From the human T2T-CHM13v2.0 reference genome, Homo sapiens, in NCBI RefSeq assembly GCF_009914755.1, contig NC_060942.1: DNA of 64,000 nucleotides; one strand, 5' to 3'. Of the stretch, positions 1-12,400 are shown piece after piece. The notes beneath the pieces are model-generated. The model searched no databases and was not told the origin of the DNA. It was given only the letters and a program-made list of their open reading frames with translations. How positions within the stretch are numbered: the stretch's first letter is position 1; every line of letters begins with the position of its first letter. The position numbers and the translations under genes are program-made.

Positions 1-116
1 AAGTTATTTGAGATGTGTGTACTCAACTAAGAGAATTGAACCACCGTTTTCAAGGAGCAGTTTAGAAACACTCTTTCTCTGGAATCTGCAAGAGGATATT
101 TGCCTAGCCTTGAGGA

Positions 117-133
117 TTTCGTTGGAAACGGGA
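117..133 (+). promoter_or_regulatory. CENP-B box (m1), repeated in each HOR
   Basis: tttcgttggaaacggga matches the core NTTCGNNNNANNCGGGN. Confidence 0.95.
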
Positions 134-458
134 TTGTCTTCAGATCAAATCTAGACAGAAGCATTCTCAAAAACTTCTTTGGGATGTTTGCATTCAAGTC
201 ACAGAGTAGAACATTCCCTTTGGTAGAGCAGGTTTGAAACACTCTTTTTTTAGTATATGGAAGTGGACATTTGGAGTGCTTTCAGGCCTACGTTGGAAAA
301 GGAAATATCTTCCCATAACAACTAGACAGAAGCATTCTCAGAAACTAGTTTCTGATGTGTGTCCTCAACTAACACAGTTGAACATTTCTTTAGACAGAAC
401 AGTTTTGAAACACTCTTTTTGTGGAATCTGCAAGTGGCTATTTGGCTAGATTTGAGGA

Positions 459-475
459 TTTCGTTGGAAACGGGA
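459..475 (+). promoter_or_regulatory. CENP-B box (m3)
   Basis: tttcgttggaaacggga. Confidence 0.95.
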
Positions 476-625
476 TTACATATAAAAAGCAGACAGCAGC
501 ATTCTCAGAAAGTTCTTTGTGATGATTGCATTCAAGTCACAGAATTGAACATTCCCTTTCACAGAGCAGGTTTGAAACACTCTTTTTGTAGTGTGTGTAA
601 GTGGACATTTGGAGCACTTTCCGGC

Positions 626-642
626 CTAAGGTGAAAAAGGAA
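626..642 (+). promoter_or_regulatory. pJalpha-type (A-box) motif of even-numbered monomers (m4 example)
   Basis: ctaaggtgaaaaaggaa occupies the position equivalent to the CENP-B box in alternate monomers; related ctaYgttggaaaaggaa in m2/m6. Confidence 0.7.
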
Positions 643-796
643 ATATCTTCCTATAAAAACTAGACAGAAGCATTCTCAGAAACTTACTCGTGATGTGTGT
701 CCTCAACTAAAGGAGCAGAACCTTTCTTTTCATAGAGAAGTTTTGAAACGCTCTTTTTGTGGAATCTGCAAGTGGATATTTGGCTAGTTTTGAGGA

Positions 797-813
797 TTTC
801 GTTGGAAGCGGGA
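797..813 (+). promoter_or_regulatory. CENP-B box (m5), overlapping the EcoRI site at 812-817
   Basis: tttcgttggaagcggga followed by attc. Confidence 0.95.
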
Positions 814-1134
814 ATTCATACAAATTGCAGACTGCAGCGTTCTGAGAAACATCTTTGTGATGTTTGTATTCAGGACACAGAGTTGAACATTCCCTATCAT
901 AGAGCAGGTTTGAATCACTCCTTTTGTAGTATCTGGAAGTGGACATTTGGAGCGCTTTCAGGCCTATGTTGGAAAAGGAAATATCTTCCCATAACAACTA
1001 GACAGAAGCATTCTCAGAAACTTATTTGAGATGTGTGTACTCAACTAAGAGAATTGAACCACCGTTTTGAAGGAGCAGTTTTGAAACACTCTTTTTCTGG
1101 AATCTGCAAGTGGATATTTGGCTAGCTTTGGGGA

Positions 1135-1151
1135 TTTCGCTGGAAGCGGGA
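1135..1151 (+). promoter_or_regulatory. CENP-B box (m7)
   Basis: tttcgctggaagcggga; core positions intact. Confidence 0.92.
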
Positions 1152-1471
1152 ATACATATAAAAAGCACACAGCAGCGTTCTGAGAAACTGCTTTCTGATG
1201 TTTGCATTCAAGTCAAAAGTTGAACACTCCCTTTCATAGAGCAGTCCTGAAACACTCCTTTTGTAGTATCTGGAACTGGACTTTTGGAGCGCTTTCAGGG
1301 CTAAGGTGAAAAAGGAAATATCTTCCCATAAAAACTGGACAGAAGCATTCTCAGAAACTTGTTTATGCTGTATCTACTCAACTAACAAAGTTGAACCTTT
1401 CTTTTGATAGAGCAGTTTTGAAATGCTCTTTTTGTGGAATCTGCAAGTGGATATTTGGCTAGTTTTGAGGA

Positions 1472-1488
1472 TTTCGTTGGAAGCGGGA
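1472..1488 (+). promoter_or_regulatory. CENP-B box (m9), overlapping the EcoRI site at 1487-1492
   Basis: tttcgttggaagcggga. Confidence 0.95.
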
Positions 1489-1809
1489 ATTCATACAAAT
1501 TGCAGACTGCAGCGTTCTGAGAAACATCTTTGTGATGTTTGTATTCAGGACAGAGAGTTGAACATTCCCTATCATAGAGCAGGTTGGAATCACTCCTTTT
1601 GTAGTATCTGGAAGTGGACATTTGGAGCGCTTTCAGGCCTATGTTGAAAAAGGAAATATCTTCCCATAACAACTAGACACAAGCATTCTCAGAAACTTGT
1701 TTGTGATGTGTGCCCTCTACTGACAGAGTTGAACCTTTCTTTTCATAGAGCAGTTTTGAAACACTCTTTTTGTAGAATCTGCAAGAGGATATTTGCATAG
1801 CTTTGAGGA

Positions 1810-1826
1810 TTTCGTGGGAAACGGGA
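1810..1826 (+). promoter_or_regulatory. CENP-B box (m11)
   Basis: tttcgtgggaaacggga; core intact. Box spacings around the HOR are 342, 338, 338, 337, 338, 342. Confidence 0.92.
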
Positions 1827-2035
1827 TTGTCTTCAGGTAAAATCTAGACAGAAGCATTCTCAGAAACTTCTTTGGGATGTTTGCATTCAAGTCACAGAGC
1901 AGAACATTCCCTTTGGTAGAGCAGGTTTGAAACACTCTTTTTGTAGTATCTGGAAGTGGACATTTGGAGCGCTTTCAGGCCTATGTTTGAAAGGGAAATA
2001 TCTTCCCGTAACAACTAGGCAGAAGCATTCTCAGA

Positions 2036-3728
2036 AACTTATTTGAGATGTGTGTACTCAACTAAGAGAATTGAACCACCGTTTTGAAGGAGCAGTTTTG
2101 AAACACTCTTTTTCTGGAATCTGCAAGAGGATATTTGCCTAGCCTTGAGGATTTCGTTGGAAACGGGATTGTCTTCAGATCAAATCTAGACAGAAGCATT
2201 CTCAGAAACTTCTTTGGGATGTTTGCATTCAAGTCACAGAGTAGAACATTCCCTTTGGTAGAGCAGGTTTGAAACACTGTTTTTTTAGTATATGGAAGTG
2301 GACATTTGGAGCGCTTTCAGGCCTACGTTGGAAAAGGAAATATCTTCCCATAACAACTAGACAGAAGCATTCTCAGAAACTAGTTTCTGATGTGTGTCCT
2401 CAACTAACACAGTTGAGCATTTCTTTAGACAGAACAGTTTTGAAACACTCTTTTTGTGGAATCTGCAAGTGGCTATTTGGCTAGATTTGAGGATTTCGTT
2501 GGAAACGGGATTACATATAAAAAGCAGACAGCAGCATTCTCAGAAAGTTCTTTGTGATGATTGCATTCAAGTCACAGAATTGAACATTCCCTTTCACAGA
2601 GCAGGTTTGAAACACTCTTTTTGTAGTGTGTGTAAGTGGACATTTGGAGCACTTTCCGGCCTAAGGTGAAAAAGGAAATATCTTCCCATAAAAACTAGAC
2701 AGAAGCATTCTCAGAAACTTACTCGTGATGTGTGTCCTCAACTAAAGGAGTAGAACCTTTCTTTTCATAGAGAAGTTTTGAAACGCTCTTTTTGTGGAAT
2801 CTGCAAGTGGATATTTGGCTAGTTTTGAGGATTTCGCTGGAAGCGGGAATTCATACAAATTGCAGACTGCAGCGTTCTGAGAAACATCTTTGTGATGTTT
2901 GTATTCAGGACACAGAGTTGAACATTCCCTATCATAGAGCAGGTTTGAATCACTCCTTTTGTAGTATCTGGAAGTGGACATTTGGAGCGCTTTCAGGCCT
3001 ATGTTGGAAAAGGAAATATCTTCCCATAACAACTAGACAGAAGCATTCTCAGAAACTTATTTGAGATGTGTGTACTCAACTAAGAGAATTGAACCACCGT
3101 TTTGAAGGAGCAGTTTTGAAACACTCTTTTTCTGGAATCTGCAAGTGGATATTTGGCTAGCTTTGGGGATTTCGCTGGAAGCGGGAATACATATAAAAAG
3201 CACACAGCAGCGTTCTGAGAAACTGCTTTCTGATGTTTGCATTCAAGTCAAAAGTTGAACACTCCCTTTCATAGAGCAGTCCTGAAACACTCCTTTTGTA
3301 GTATCTGGAACTGGACATTTGGAGCGCTTTCAGGGCTAAGGTGAAAAAGGAAATATCTTCCCATAAAAACTGGACAGAAGCATTCTCAGAAACTTGTTTA
3401 TGCTGTATCTACTCAACTAACAAAGTTGAACCTTTCTTTTGATAGAGCAGTTTTGAAATGCTCTTTTTGTGGAATCTGCAAGTGGATATTTGGCTAGTTT
3501 TGAGGATTTCGTTGGAAGCGGGAATTCATACAAATTGCAGACTGCAGCGTTCTGAGAAACATCTTTGTGATGTTTGTATTCAGGACAGAGAGTTGAACAT
3601 TCCCTATCATAGAGCAGGTTGGAATCACTCCTTTTGTAGTATCTGGAAGTGGACATTTGGAGCGCTTTCAGGCCTATGTTGGAAAGGGAAATATCTTCCC
3701 GTAACAACTAGGCAGAAGCATTCTCAGA
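2036..3728 (+). repeat. 10-mer HOR variant (1693 bp; m1-9 + m10/12 hybrid)
   Basis: 342 bp shorter than canonical. m10 sequence (gttggaatcactcc) runs directly into the m12 end (ggaaagggaaatatcttcccgtaacaactaggc). Confidence 0.93.
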
Positions 3729-6700
3729 AACTTATTTGAGATGTGTGTACTCAACTAAGAGAATTGAACCACCGTTTTGAAGGAGCAGTTTTGAAACACT
3801 CTTTTTCTGTATTCTGCAAGTATATATTTGCCTAGCCTTGAGGATTTCGTTGGATACGGGATTGTCTTCAGATAAATTCTAGACAGAAGCATTCTCAGAA
3901 ACTTCTTTGGGATGTTTCTATGCAAGTCACAGAGTAGAACATTCTCTTTGGAAGAGCAGGTTTGAAACACTCTTTTTTTAGTATATGGAAGTGGACATTT
4001 GGAGCGCTTTCAGGCCTATGTTGGAAAAGGAAATATCTTCCCATAACAACTAGACAGAAGCATTCTCAGAAACTAGTTTCTGATGTGTGTCCTCAACTAA
4101 CACAGTTGAACATTTCTTTAGACAGAACAGTTTTGAAACACTCTTTTTGTGGAATCTGCAAGTGGCTATTTGGCTAGATTTAAGGATTTCGTTGGAAACG
4201 GGATTACATATAAAAAGCACTCAGCAGCATTCTCAGAAAGTTCTTTGTGATGATTGCATTCAAGTCACAGAATTGAACATTCCCTTTCACAGAGCAGGTT
4301 TGAAACACTCTTTTTGTAGTGTGTGTAAGTGGACATTTGGAGCACTTACCGGCCTAAGGTGAAAAAGGAAGTATCTTCCCATAAAAACTAGACAGAAGCA
4401 TTCTCAGAAACTTACTCGTGATGTGTGTCCTCAACTAAAGGAGTAGAACCTTTCTTTTCATAGAGAAGTTTTGAAACGCTCTTTTTGTGGAATCTGCAAG
4501 TCGATATTTGGCTAGTTTTGAGGATTTCGTTGGAAGCGGGAATTCATACAAATTGCAGACTGCAGCGTTCTGAGAAACATCTTTGTGATGTTTGTATTCA
4601 GGACACAGAGTTGAACATTCCCTATCATAGAGCAGGTTTGAATCACTCCTTTTGTAGTATCTGGAAGTGGACATTTGGAGCGCTTTCAGGCCTATGTTGG
4701 AAAAGGAAATATCTTCCCATAACAACTAGACAGAAGCATTCTCAGAAACTTATTTGAGATGTGTGTACTCAACTAAGAGAATTGAACCACCGTTTTGAAG
4801 GAGCAGTTTTGAAACACTCTTTTTCTGGAATCTGCAAGTGGATATTTGGCTAGCTTTGGGGATTTCGCTGGAAGCGGGAATACATATAAAAAGCACACAG
4901 CAGCGTTCTGAGAAACTGCTTTCTGATGTTTGCATTCAAGTCAAAAGTTGAACACTCCCTTTCATAGAGCAGTCCTGAAACACTCCTTTTGTAGTATCTG
5001 GAACTGGACTTTTGGAGCGCTTTCAGGGCTAAGGTGAAAAAGGAAATATCTTCCCATAAAAACTGGACAGAAGCATTCTCAGAAACTTGTTTATGCTGTA
5101 TCTACTCTACTAACAAAGTTGAACCTTTCTTTTGATAGAGCAGTTTTGAAATGCTCTTTTTGTGGAATCTGCAAGTGGATATTTGGCTAGATTTGAGGAT
5201 TTCGTTGGAAGCTGGAATTCATACAAATTGCAGACTGCAGCGTTCTGAGAAACATCTTTGTGATGTTTGTATTCAGGACAGAGAGTTGAACATTCCCTAT
5301 CATAGAGCAGGTTGGAATCACTCCTTTTGTAGTATCTGGAAGTGGACATTTGGAGCGCTTTCAGGCCTATGTTGAAAAAGGAAATATCTTCCCATAACAA
5401 CTAGACACAAGCATTCTCAGAAACTTGTTTGTGATGTGTGCCCTCTACTGACAGAGTTGAACCTTTCTTTTCATAGAGCAGTTTTGAAACACTCTTTTTG
5501 TAGAATCCGCAAGAGGATATTTGCATAGCTTTGAGGATTTCGTGGGAAACGGGATTGTCTTCAGGTAAAATCTAGACAGAAGCATTCTCAGAAACTTCTT
5601 TGGGATGTTTGCATTCAAGTCACAGAGCAGAACATTCCCTTTGGTAGAGCAGGTTTGAAACACTCTTTTTGTAGTATCTGGAAGTGGACATTTGGAGCGC
5701 TTTCAGGCCTATGTTGGAAAGGGAAATATCTTCACGTAACAACTAGGCAGAAGCATTCTCAGAAAGTTATTTGAGATGTGTGTACTCAACTAAGAGAATT
5801 GAACCACCGTTTTCAAGGAGCAGTTTTGAAACACTCTTTCTCTGGAATCTGCAAGAGGATATTTGCCTAGCCTTGAGGATTTCGTTGGAAACGGGATTGT
5901 CTTCAGATCAAATCTAGACAGAAGCATTCTCAAAAACTTCTTTGGGATGTTTGCATTCAAGTCACAGAGTAGAACATTCCCTTTGGTAGAGCAGGTTTGA
6001 AACACTCTTTTTTTAGTATATGGAAGTGGACATTTGGAGTGCTTTCAGGCCTATGTTAGAAAAGGAAATATCTTCCCATAACAACTAGACAGAAGCATTC
6101 TCAGAAACTAGTTTCTGATGTGTGTCCTCAACTAACACAGTTGAACATTTCTTTAGACAGAACAGTTTTGAAACACTCTTTTTGTGGAATCTGCAAGTGG
6201 CTATTTGGCTAGATTTGAGGATTTCGTTGGAAACGGGATTACATATAAAAAGCAGACAGCAGCATTCTCAGAAAGTTCTTTGTGATGATTGCATTCAAGT
6301 CACAGAATTGAACATTCCCTTTCACAGAGCAGGTTTGAAACACTCTTTTTGTAGTGTGTGTAAGTGGACATTTGGAGCACTTTCCGGCCTAAGGTGAAAA
6401 AGGAAATATCTTCCCATAAAAACTAGACAGAAGCATTCTCAGAAACTTACTCGTGATGTGTGTCCTCAACTAAAGGAGCAGAACCTTTCTTTTCATAGAG
6501 AAGTTTTGAAACGCTCTTTTTGTGGAATCTGCAAGTGGATATTTGGCTAGTTTGGAGGATTTCGTTGGAAGCGGGAATTCATACAAATTGCAGACTGCAG
6601 CGTTCTGAGAAACATCTTTGTGATGTTTGTATTCAGGACACAGAGTTGAACATTCCCTATCATAGAGCAGGTTTGAATCACTCCTTTTGTAGTATCTGGA

Positions 6701-7798
6701 AGTGGACATTTGGAGCGCTTTCAGGCCTATGTTGGAAAAGGAAATATCTTCCCATAACAACTAGACAGAAGCATTCTCAGAAACTTATTTGAGATGTGTG
6801 TACTCAACTAAGAGAATTGAACCACCGTTTTGAAGGAGCAGTTTTGAAACACTCTTTTTCTGGAATCTGCAAGTGGATATTTGGCTAGCTTTGGGGATTT
6901 CGCTGGAAGCGGGAATACATATAAAAAGCACACAGCAGCGTTCTGAGAAACTGCTTTCTGATGTTTGCATTCAAGTCAAAAGTTGAACACTCCCTTTCAT
7001 AGAGCAGTCCTGAAACACTCCTTTTGTAGTATCTGGAACTGGACTTTTGGAGCGCTTTCAGGGCTAAGGTGAAAAAGGAAATATCTTCCCATAAAAACTG
7101 GACAGAAGCATTCTCAGAAACTTGTTTATGCTGTATCTACTCAACTAACAAAGTTGAACCTTTCTTTTGATAGAGCAGTTTTGAAATGCTCTTTTTGTGG
7201 AATCTGCAAGTGGATATTTGGCTAGTTGTGAGGATTTCGTTGGAAGCTGGAATTCATACAAATTGCAGACTGCAGCGTTCTGAGAAACATCTTTGTGATG
7301 TTTGTATTCAGGACAGAGAGTTGAACATTCCCTATCATAGAGCAGGTTGGAATCACTCCTTTTGTAGTATCTGGAAGTGGACATTTGGAGCGCTTTCAGG
7401 CCTATGTTGAAAAAGGAAATATCTTCCCATAACAACTAGACACAAGCATTCTCAGAAACTTGTTTGTGATGTGTGCCCTCTACTGACAGAGTTGAACCTT
7501 TCTTTTCATAGAGCAGTTTTGAAACACTCTTTTTGTAGAATCTGCAAGAGGATATTTGCATAGCTTTGAGGATTTCGTGGGAAACGGGATTGTCTTCAGG
7601 TAAAATCTAGACAGAAGCATTCTCAGAAACTTCTTTGGGATGTTTGCATTCAAGTCACAGAGCAGAACATTCCCTTTGGTAGAGCAGGTTTGAAACACTC
7701 TTTTTGTAGTATCTGGAAGTGGACATTTGGAGCGCTTTCAGGCCTATGTTGGAAAGGGAAATATCTTCCCGTAACAACTAGGCAGAAGCATTCTCAGA

Positions 7799-9491
7799 AA
7801 CTTATTTGAGATGTGTGTACTCAACTAAGAGAATTGAACCACCGTTTTGAAGGAGCAGTTTTGAAACACTCTTTTTCTGGAATCTGCAAGAGGATATTTG
7901 CCTAGCCTTGAGGATTTCGTTGGAAACGGGATTGTCTTCAGATCAAATCTAGACAGAAGCATTCTCAGAAACTTCTTTGGGATGTTTGCATTCAAGTCAC
8001 AGAGTAGAACATTCCCTTTGGTAGAGCAGGTTTGAAACACTGTTTTTTTAGTATATGGAAGTGGACATTTGGAGCGCTTTCAGGCCTACGTTGGAAAAGG
8101 AAATATCTTCCCATAACAACTAGACAGAAGCATTCTCAGAAACTAGTTTCTGATGTGTGTCCTCAACTAACACAGTTGAGCATTTCTTTAGACAGAACAG
8201 TTTTGAAACACTCTTTTTGTGGAATCTGCAAGTGGCTATTTGGCTAGATTTGAGGATTTCGTTGGAAACGGGATTACATATAAAAAGCAGACAGCAGCAT
8301 TCTCAGAAAGTTCTTTGTGATGATTGCATTCAAGTCACAGAATTGAACATTCCCTTTCACAGAGCAGGTTTGAAACACTCTTTTTGTAGTGTGTGTAAGT
8401 GGACATTTGGAGCACTTTCCGGCCTAAGGTGAAAAAGGAAATATCTTCCCATAAAAACTAGACAGAAGCATTCTCAGAAACTTACTCGTGATGTGTGTCC
8501 TCAACTAAAGGAGTAGAACCTTTCTTTTCATAGAGAAGTTTTGAAACGCTCTTTTTGTGGAATCTGCAAGTGGATATTTGGCTAGTTTTGAGGATTTCGC
8601 TGGAAGCGGGAATTCATACAAATTGCAGACTGCAGCGTTCTGAGAAACATCTTTGTGATGTTTGTATTCAGGACACAGAGTTGAACATTCCCTATCATAG
8701 AGCAGGTTTGAATCACTCCTTTTGTAGTATCTGGAAGTGGACATTTGGAGCGCTTTCAGGCCTATGTTGGAAAAGGAAATATCTTCCCATAACAACTAGA
8801 CAGAAGCATTCTCAGAAACTTATTTGAGATGTGTGTACTCAACTAAGAGAATTGAACCACCGTTTTGAAGGAGCAGTTTTGAAACACTCTTTTTCTGGAA
8901 TCTGCAAGTGGATATTTGGCTAGCTTTGGGGATTTCGCTGGAAGCGGGAATACATATAAAAAGCACACAGCAGCGTTCTGAGAAACTGCTTTCTGATGTT
9001 TGCATTCAAGTCAAAAGTTGAACACTCCCTTTCATAGAGCAGTCCTGAAACACTCCTTTTGTAGTATCTGGAACTGGACATTTGGAGCGCTTTCAGGGCT
9101 AAGGTGAAAAAGGAAATATCTTCCCATAAAAACTGGACAGAAGCATTCTCAGAAACTTGTTTATGCTGTATCTACTCAACTAACAAAGTTGAACCTTTCT
9201 TTTGATAGAGCAGTTTTGAAATGCTCTTTTTGTGGAATCTGCAAGTGGATATTTGGCTAGTTTTGAGGATTTCGTTGGAAGCGGGAATTCATACAAATTG
9301 CAGACTGCAGCGTTCTGAGAAACATCTTTGTGATGTTTGTATTCAGGACAGAGAGTTGAACATTCCCTATCATAGAGCAGGTTGGAATCACTCCTTTTGT
9401 AGTATCTGGAAGTGGACATTTGGAGCGCTTTCAGGCCTATGTTGGAAAGGGAAATATCTTCCCGTAACAACTAGGCAGAAGCATTCTCAGA
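7799..9491 (+). repeat. 10-mer HOR variant, second copy
   Basis: Same junction and the same private SNVs (cactgttt, ttgagcat, ttcgctgg in m5) as 2036-3728, offset 5763. Confidence 0.93.
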
Positions 9492-12400
9492 AACTTATTT
9501 GAGATGTGTGTACTCAACTAAGAGAATTGAACCACCGTTTTGAAGGAGCAGTTTTGAAACACTCTTTTTCTGTATTCTGCAAGTATATATTTGCCTAGCC
9601 TTGAGGATTTCGTTGGATACGGGATTGTCTTCAGATAAATTCTAGACAGAAGCATTCTCAGAAACTTCTTTGGGATGTTTCTATTCAAGTCACAGAGTAG
9701 AACATTCTCTTTGGAAGAGCAGGTTTGAAACACTCTTTTTTTAGTATATGGAAGTGGACATTTGGAGCGCTTTCAGGCCTATGTTGGAAAAGGAAATATC
9801 TTCCCATAACAACTAGACAGAAGCATTCTCAGAAACTAGTTTCTGATGTGTGTCCTCAACTAACACAGTTGAACATTTCTTTAGACAGAACAGTTTTGAA
9901 ACACTCTTTTTGTGGAATCTGCAAGTGGCTATTTGGCTAGATTTAAGGATTTCGTTGGAAACGGGATTACATATAAAAAGCACTCAGCAGCATTCTCAGA
10001 AAGTTCTTTGTGATGATTGCATTCAAGTCACAGAATTGAACATTCCCTTTCACAGAGCAGGTTTGAAACACTCTTTTTGTAGTGTGTGTAAGTGGACATT
10101 TGGAGCACTTACCGGCCTAAGGTGAAAAAGGAAGTATCTTCCCATAAAAACTAGACAGAAGCATTCTCAGAAACTTACTCGTGATGTGTGTCCTCAACTA
10201 AAGGAGTAGAACCTTTCTTTTCATAGAGAAGTTTTGAAACGCTCTTTTTGTGGAATCTGCAAGTCGATATTTGGCTAGTTTTGAGGATTTCGTTGGAAGC
10301 GGGAATTCATACAAATTGCAGACTGCAGCGTTCTGAGAAACATCTTTGTGATGTTTGTATTCAGGACACAGAGTTGAACATTCCCTATCATAGAGCAGGT
10401 TTGAATCACTCCTTTTGTAGTATCTGGAAGTGGACATTTGGAGCGCTTTCAGGCCTATGTTGGAAAAGGAAATATCTTCCCATAACAACTAGACAGAAGC
10501 ATTCTCAGAAACTTATTTGAGATGTGTGTACTCAACTAAGAGAATTGAACCACCGTTTTGAAGGAGCAGTTTTGAAACACTCTTTTTCTGGAATCTGCAA
10601 GTGGATATTTGGCTAGCTTTGGGGATTTCGCTGGAAGCGGGAATACATATAAAAAGCACACAGCAGCGTTCTGAGAAACTGCTTTCTGATGTTTGCATTC
10701 AAGTCAAAAGTTGAACACTCCCTTTCATAGAGCAGTCCTGAAACACTCCTTTTGTAGTATCTGGAACTGGACTTTTGGAGCGCTTTCAGGGCTAAGGTGA
10801 AAAAGGAAATATCTTCCCATAAAAACTGGACAGAAGCATTCTCAGAAACTTGTTTATGCTGTATCTACTCTACTAACAAAGTTGAACCTTTCTTTTGATA
10901 GAGCAGTTTTGAAATGCTCTTTTTGTGGAATCTGCAAGTGGATATTTGGCTAGATTTGAGGATTTCGTTGGAAGCTGGAATTCATACAAATTGCAGACTG
11001 CAGCGTTCTGAGAAACATCTTTGTGATGTTTGTATTCAGGACAGAGAGTTGAACATTCCCTATCATAGAGCAGGTTGGAATCACTCCTTTTGTAGTATCT
11101 GGAAGTGGACATTTGGAGCGCTTTCAGGCCTATGTTGAAAAAGGAAATATCTTCCCATAACAACTAGACACAAGCATTCTCAGAAACTTGTTTGTGATGT
11201 GTGCCCTCTACTGACAGAGTTGAACCTTTCTTTTCATAGAGCAGTTTTGAAACACTCTTTTTGTAGAATCCGCAAGAGGATATTTGCATAGCTTTGAGGA
11301 TTTCGTGGGAAACGGGATTGTCTTCAGGTAAAATCTAGACAGAAGCATTCTCAGAAACTTCTTTGGGATGTTTGCATTCAAGTCACAGAGCAGAACATTC
11401 CCTTTGGTAGAGCAGGTTTGAAACACTCTTTTTGTAGTATCTGGAAGTGGACATTTGGAGCGCTTTCAGGCCTATGTTGGAAAGGGAAATATCTTCACGT
11501 AACAACTAGGCAGAAGCATTCTCAGAAAGTTATTTGAGATGTGTGTACTCAACTAAGAGAATTGAACCACCGTTTTCAAGGAGCAGTTTTGAAACACTCT
11601 TTCTCTGGAATCTGCAAGAGGATATTTGCCTAGCCTTGAGGATTTCGTTGGAAACGGGATTGTCTTCAGATCAAATCTAGACAGAAGCATTCTCAAAAAC
11701 TTCTTTGGGATGTTTGCATTCAAGTCACAGAGTAGAACATTCCCTTTGGTAGAGCAGGTTTGAAACACTCTTTTTTTAGTATATGGAAGTGGACATTTGG
11801 AGTGCTTTCAGGCCTATGTTGGAAAAGGAAATATCTTCCCATAACAACTAGACAGAAGCATTCTCAGAAACTAGTTTCTGATGTGTGTCCTCAACTAACA
11901 CAGTTGAACATTTCTTTAGACAGAACAGTTTTGAAACACTCTTTTTGTGGAATCTGCAAGTGGCTATTTGGCTAGATTTGAGGATTTCGTTGGAAACGGG
12001 ATTACATATAAAAAGCAGACAGCAGCATTCTCAGAAAGTTCTTTGTGATGATTGCATTCAAGTCACAGAATTGAACATTCCCTTTCACAGAGCAGGTTTG
12101 AAACACTCTTTTTGTAGTGTGTGTAAGTGGACATTTGGAGCACTTTCCGGCCTAAGGTGAAAAAGGAAATATCTTCCCATAAAAACTAGACAGAAGCATT
12201 CTCAGAAACTTACTCGTGATGTGTGTCCTCAACTAAAGGAGCAGAACCTTTCTTTTCATAGAGAAGTTTTGAAACGCTCTTTTTGTGGAATCTGCAAGTG
12301 GATATTTGGCTAGTTTGGAGGATTTCGTTGGAAGCGGGAATTCATACAAATTGCAGACTGCAGCGTTCTGAGAAACATCTTTGTGATGTTTGTATTCAGG

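Larger units (their letters stand above)
1..2035 (+). repeat. Canonical 12-mer HOR unit (example copy)
   Basis: Monomer starts 1,172,343,510,681,848,1019,1186,1356,1523,1694,1865 (lengths 171,171,167,171,167,171,167,170,167,171,171,171 = 2035). Other 2035-bp units start at 3729, 5764, 9492, 11527, 13562, 15939, 17974, 21030, 23065, 28148, 30183, 33239, 35274, 37309, 40365, 43421, 45456, 48512, 50547, 52582, 54617, 57673, 59708, 61743. Confidence 0.95.

Noticed and set aside
478-490. TATA-like catataaaaag in m3 and m7
   Set aside because: An ordinary alphoid motif next to the CENP-B box; sequence alone gives no evidence of promoter function.
1-2035. DXZ1 (also a ~2-kb 12-mer) or D8Z2 as the source array
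   Set aside because: DXZ1 is pentameric SF3 (~2057 bp) without strict alternate-monomer CENP-B boxes. The main D8Z2 unit is an 11-mer of ~1.87 kb. This unit is a dimeric 2035-bp 12-mer.
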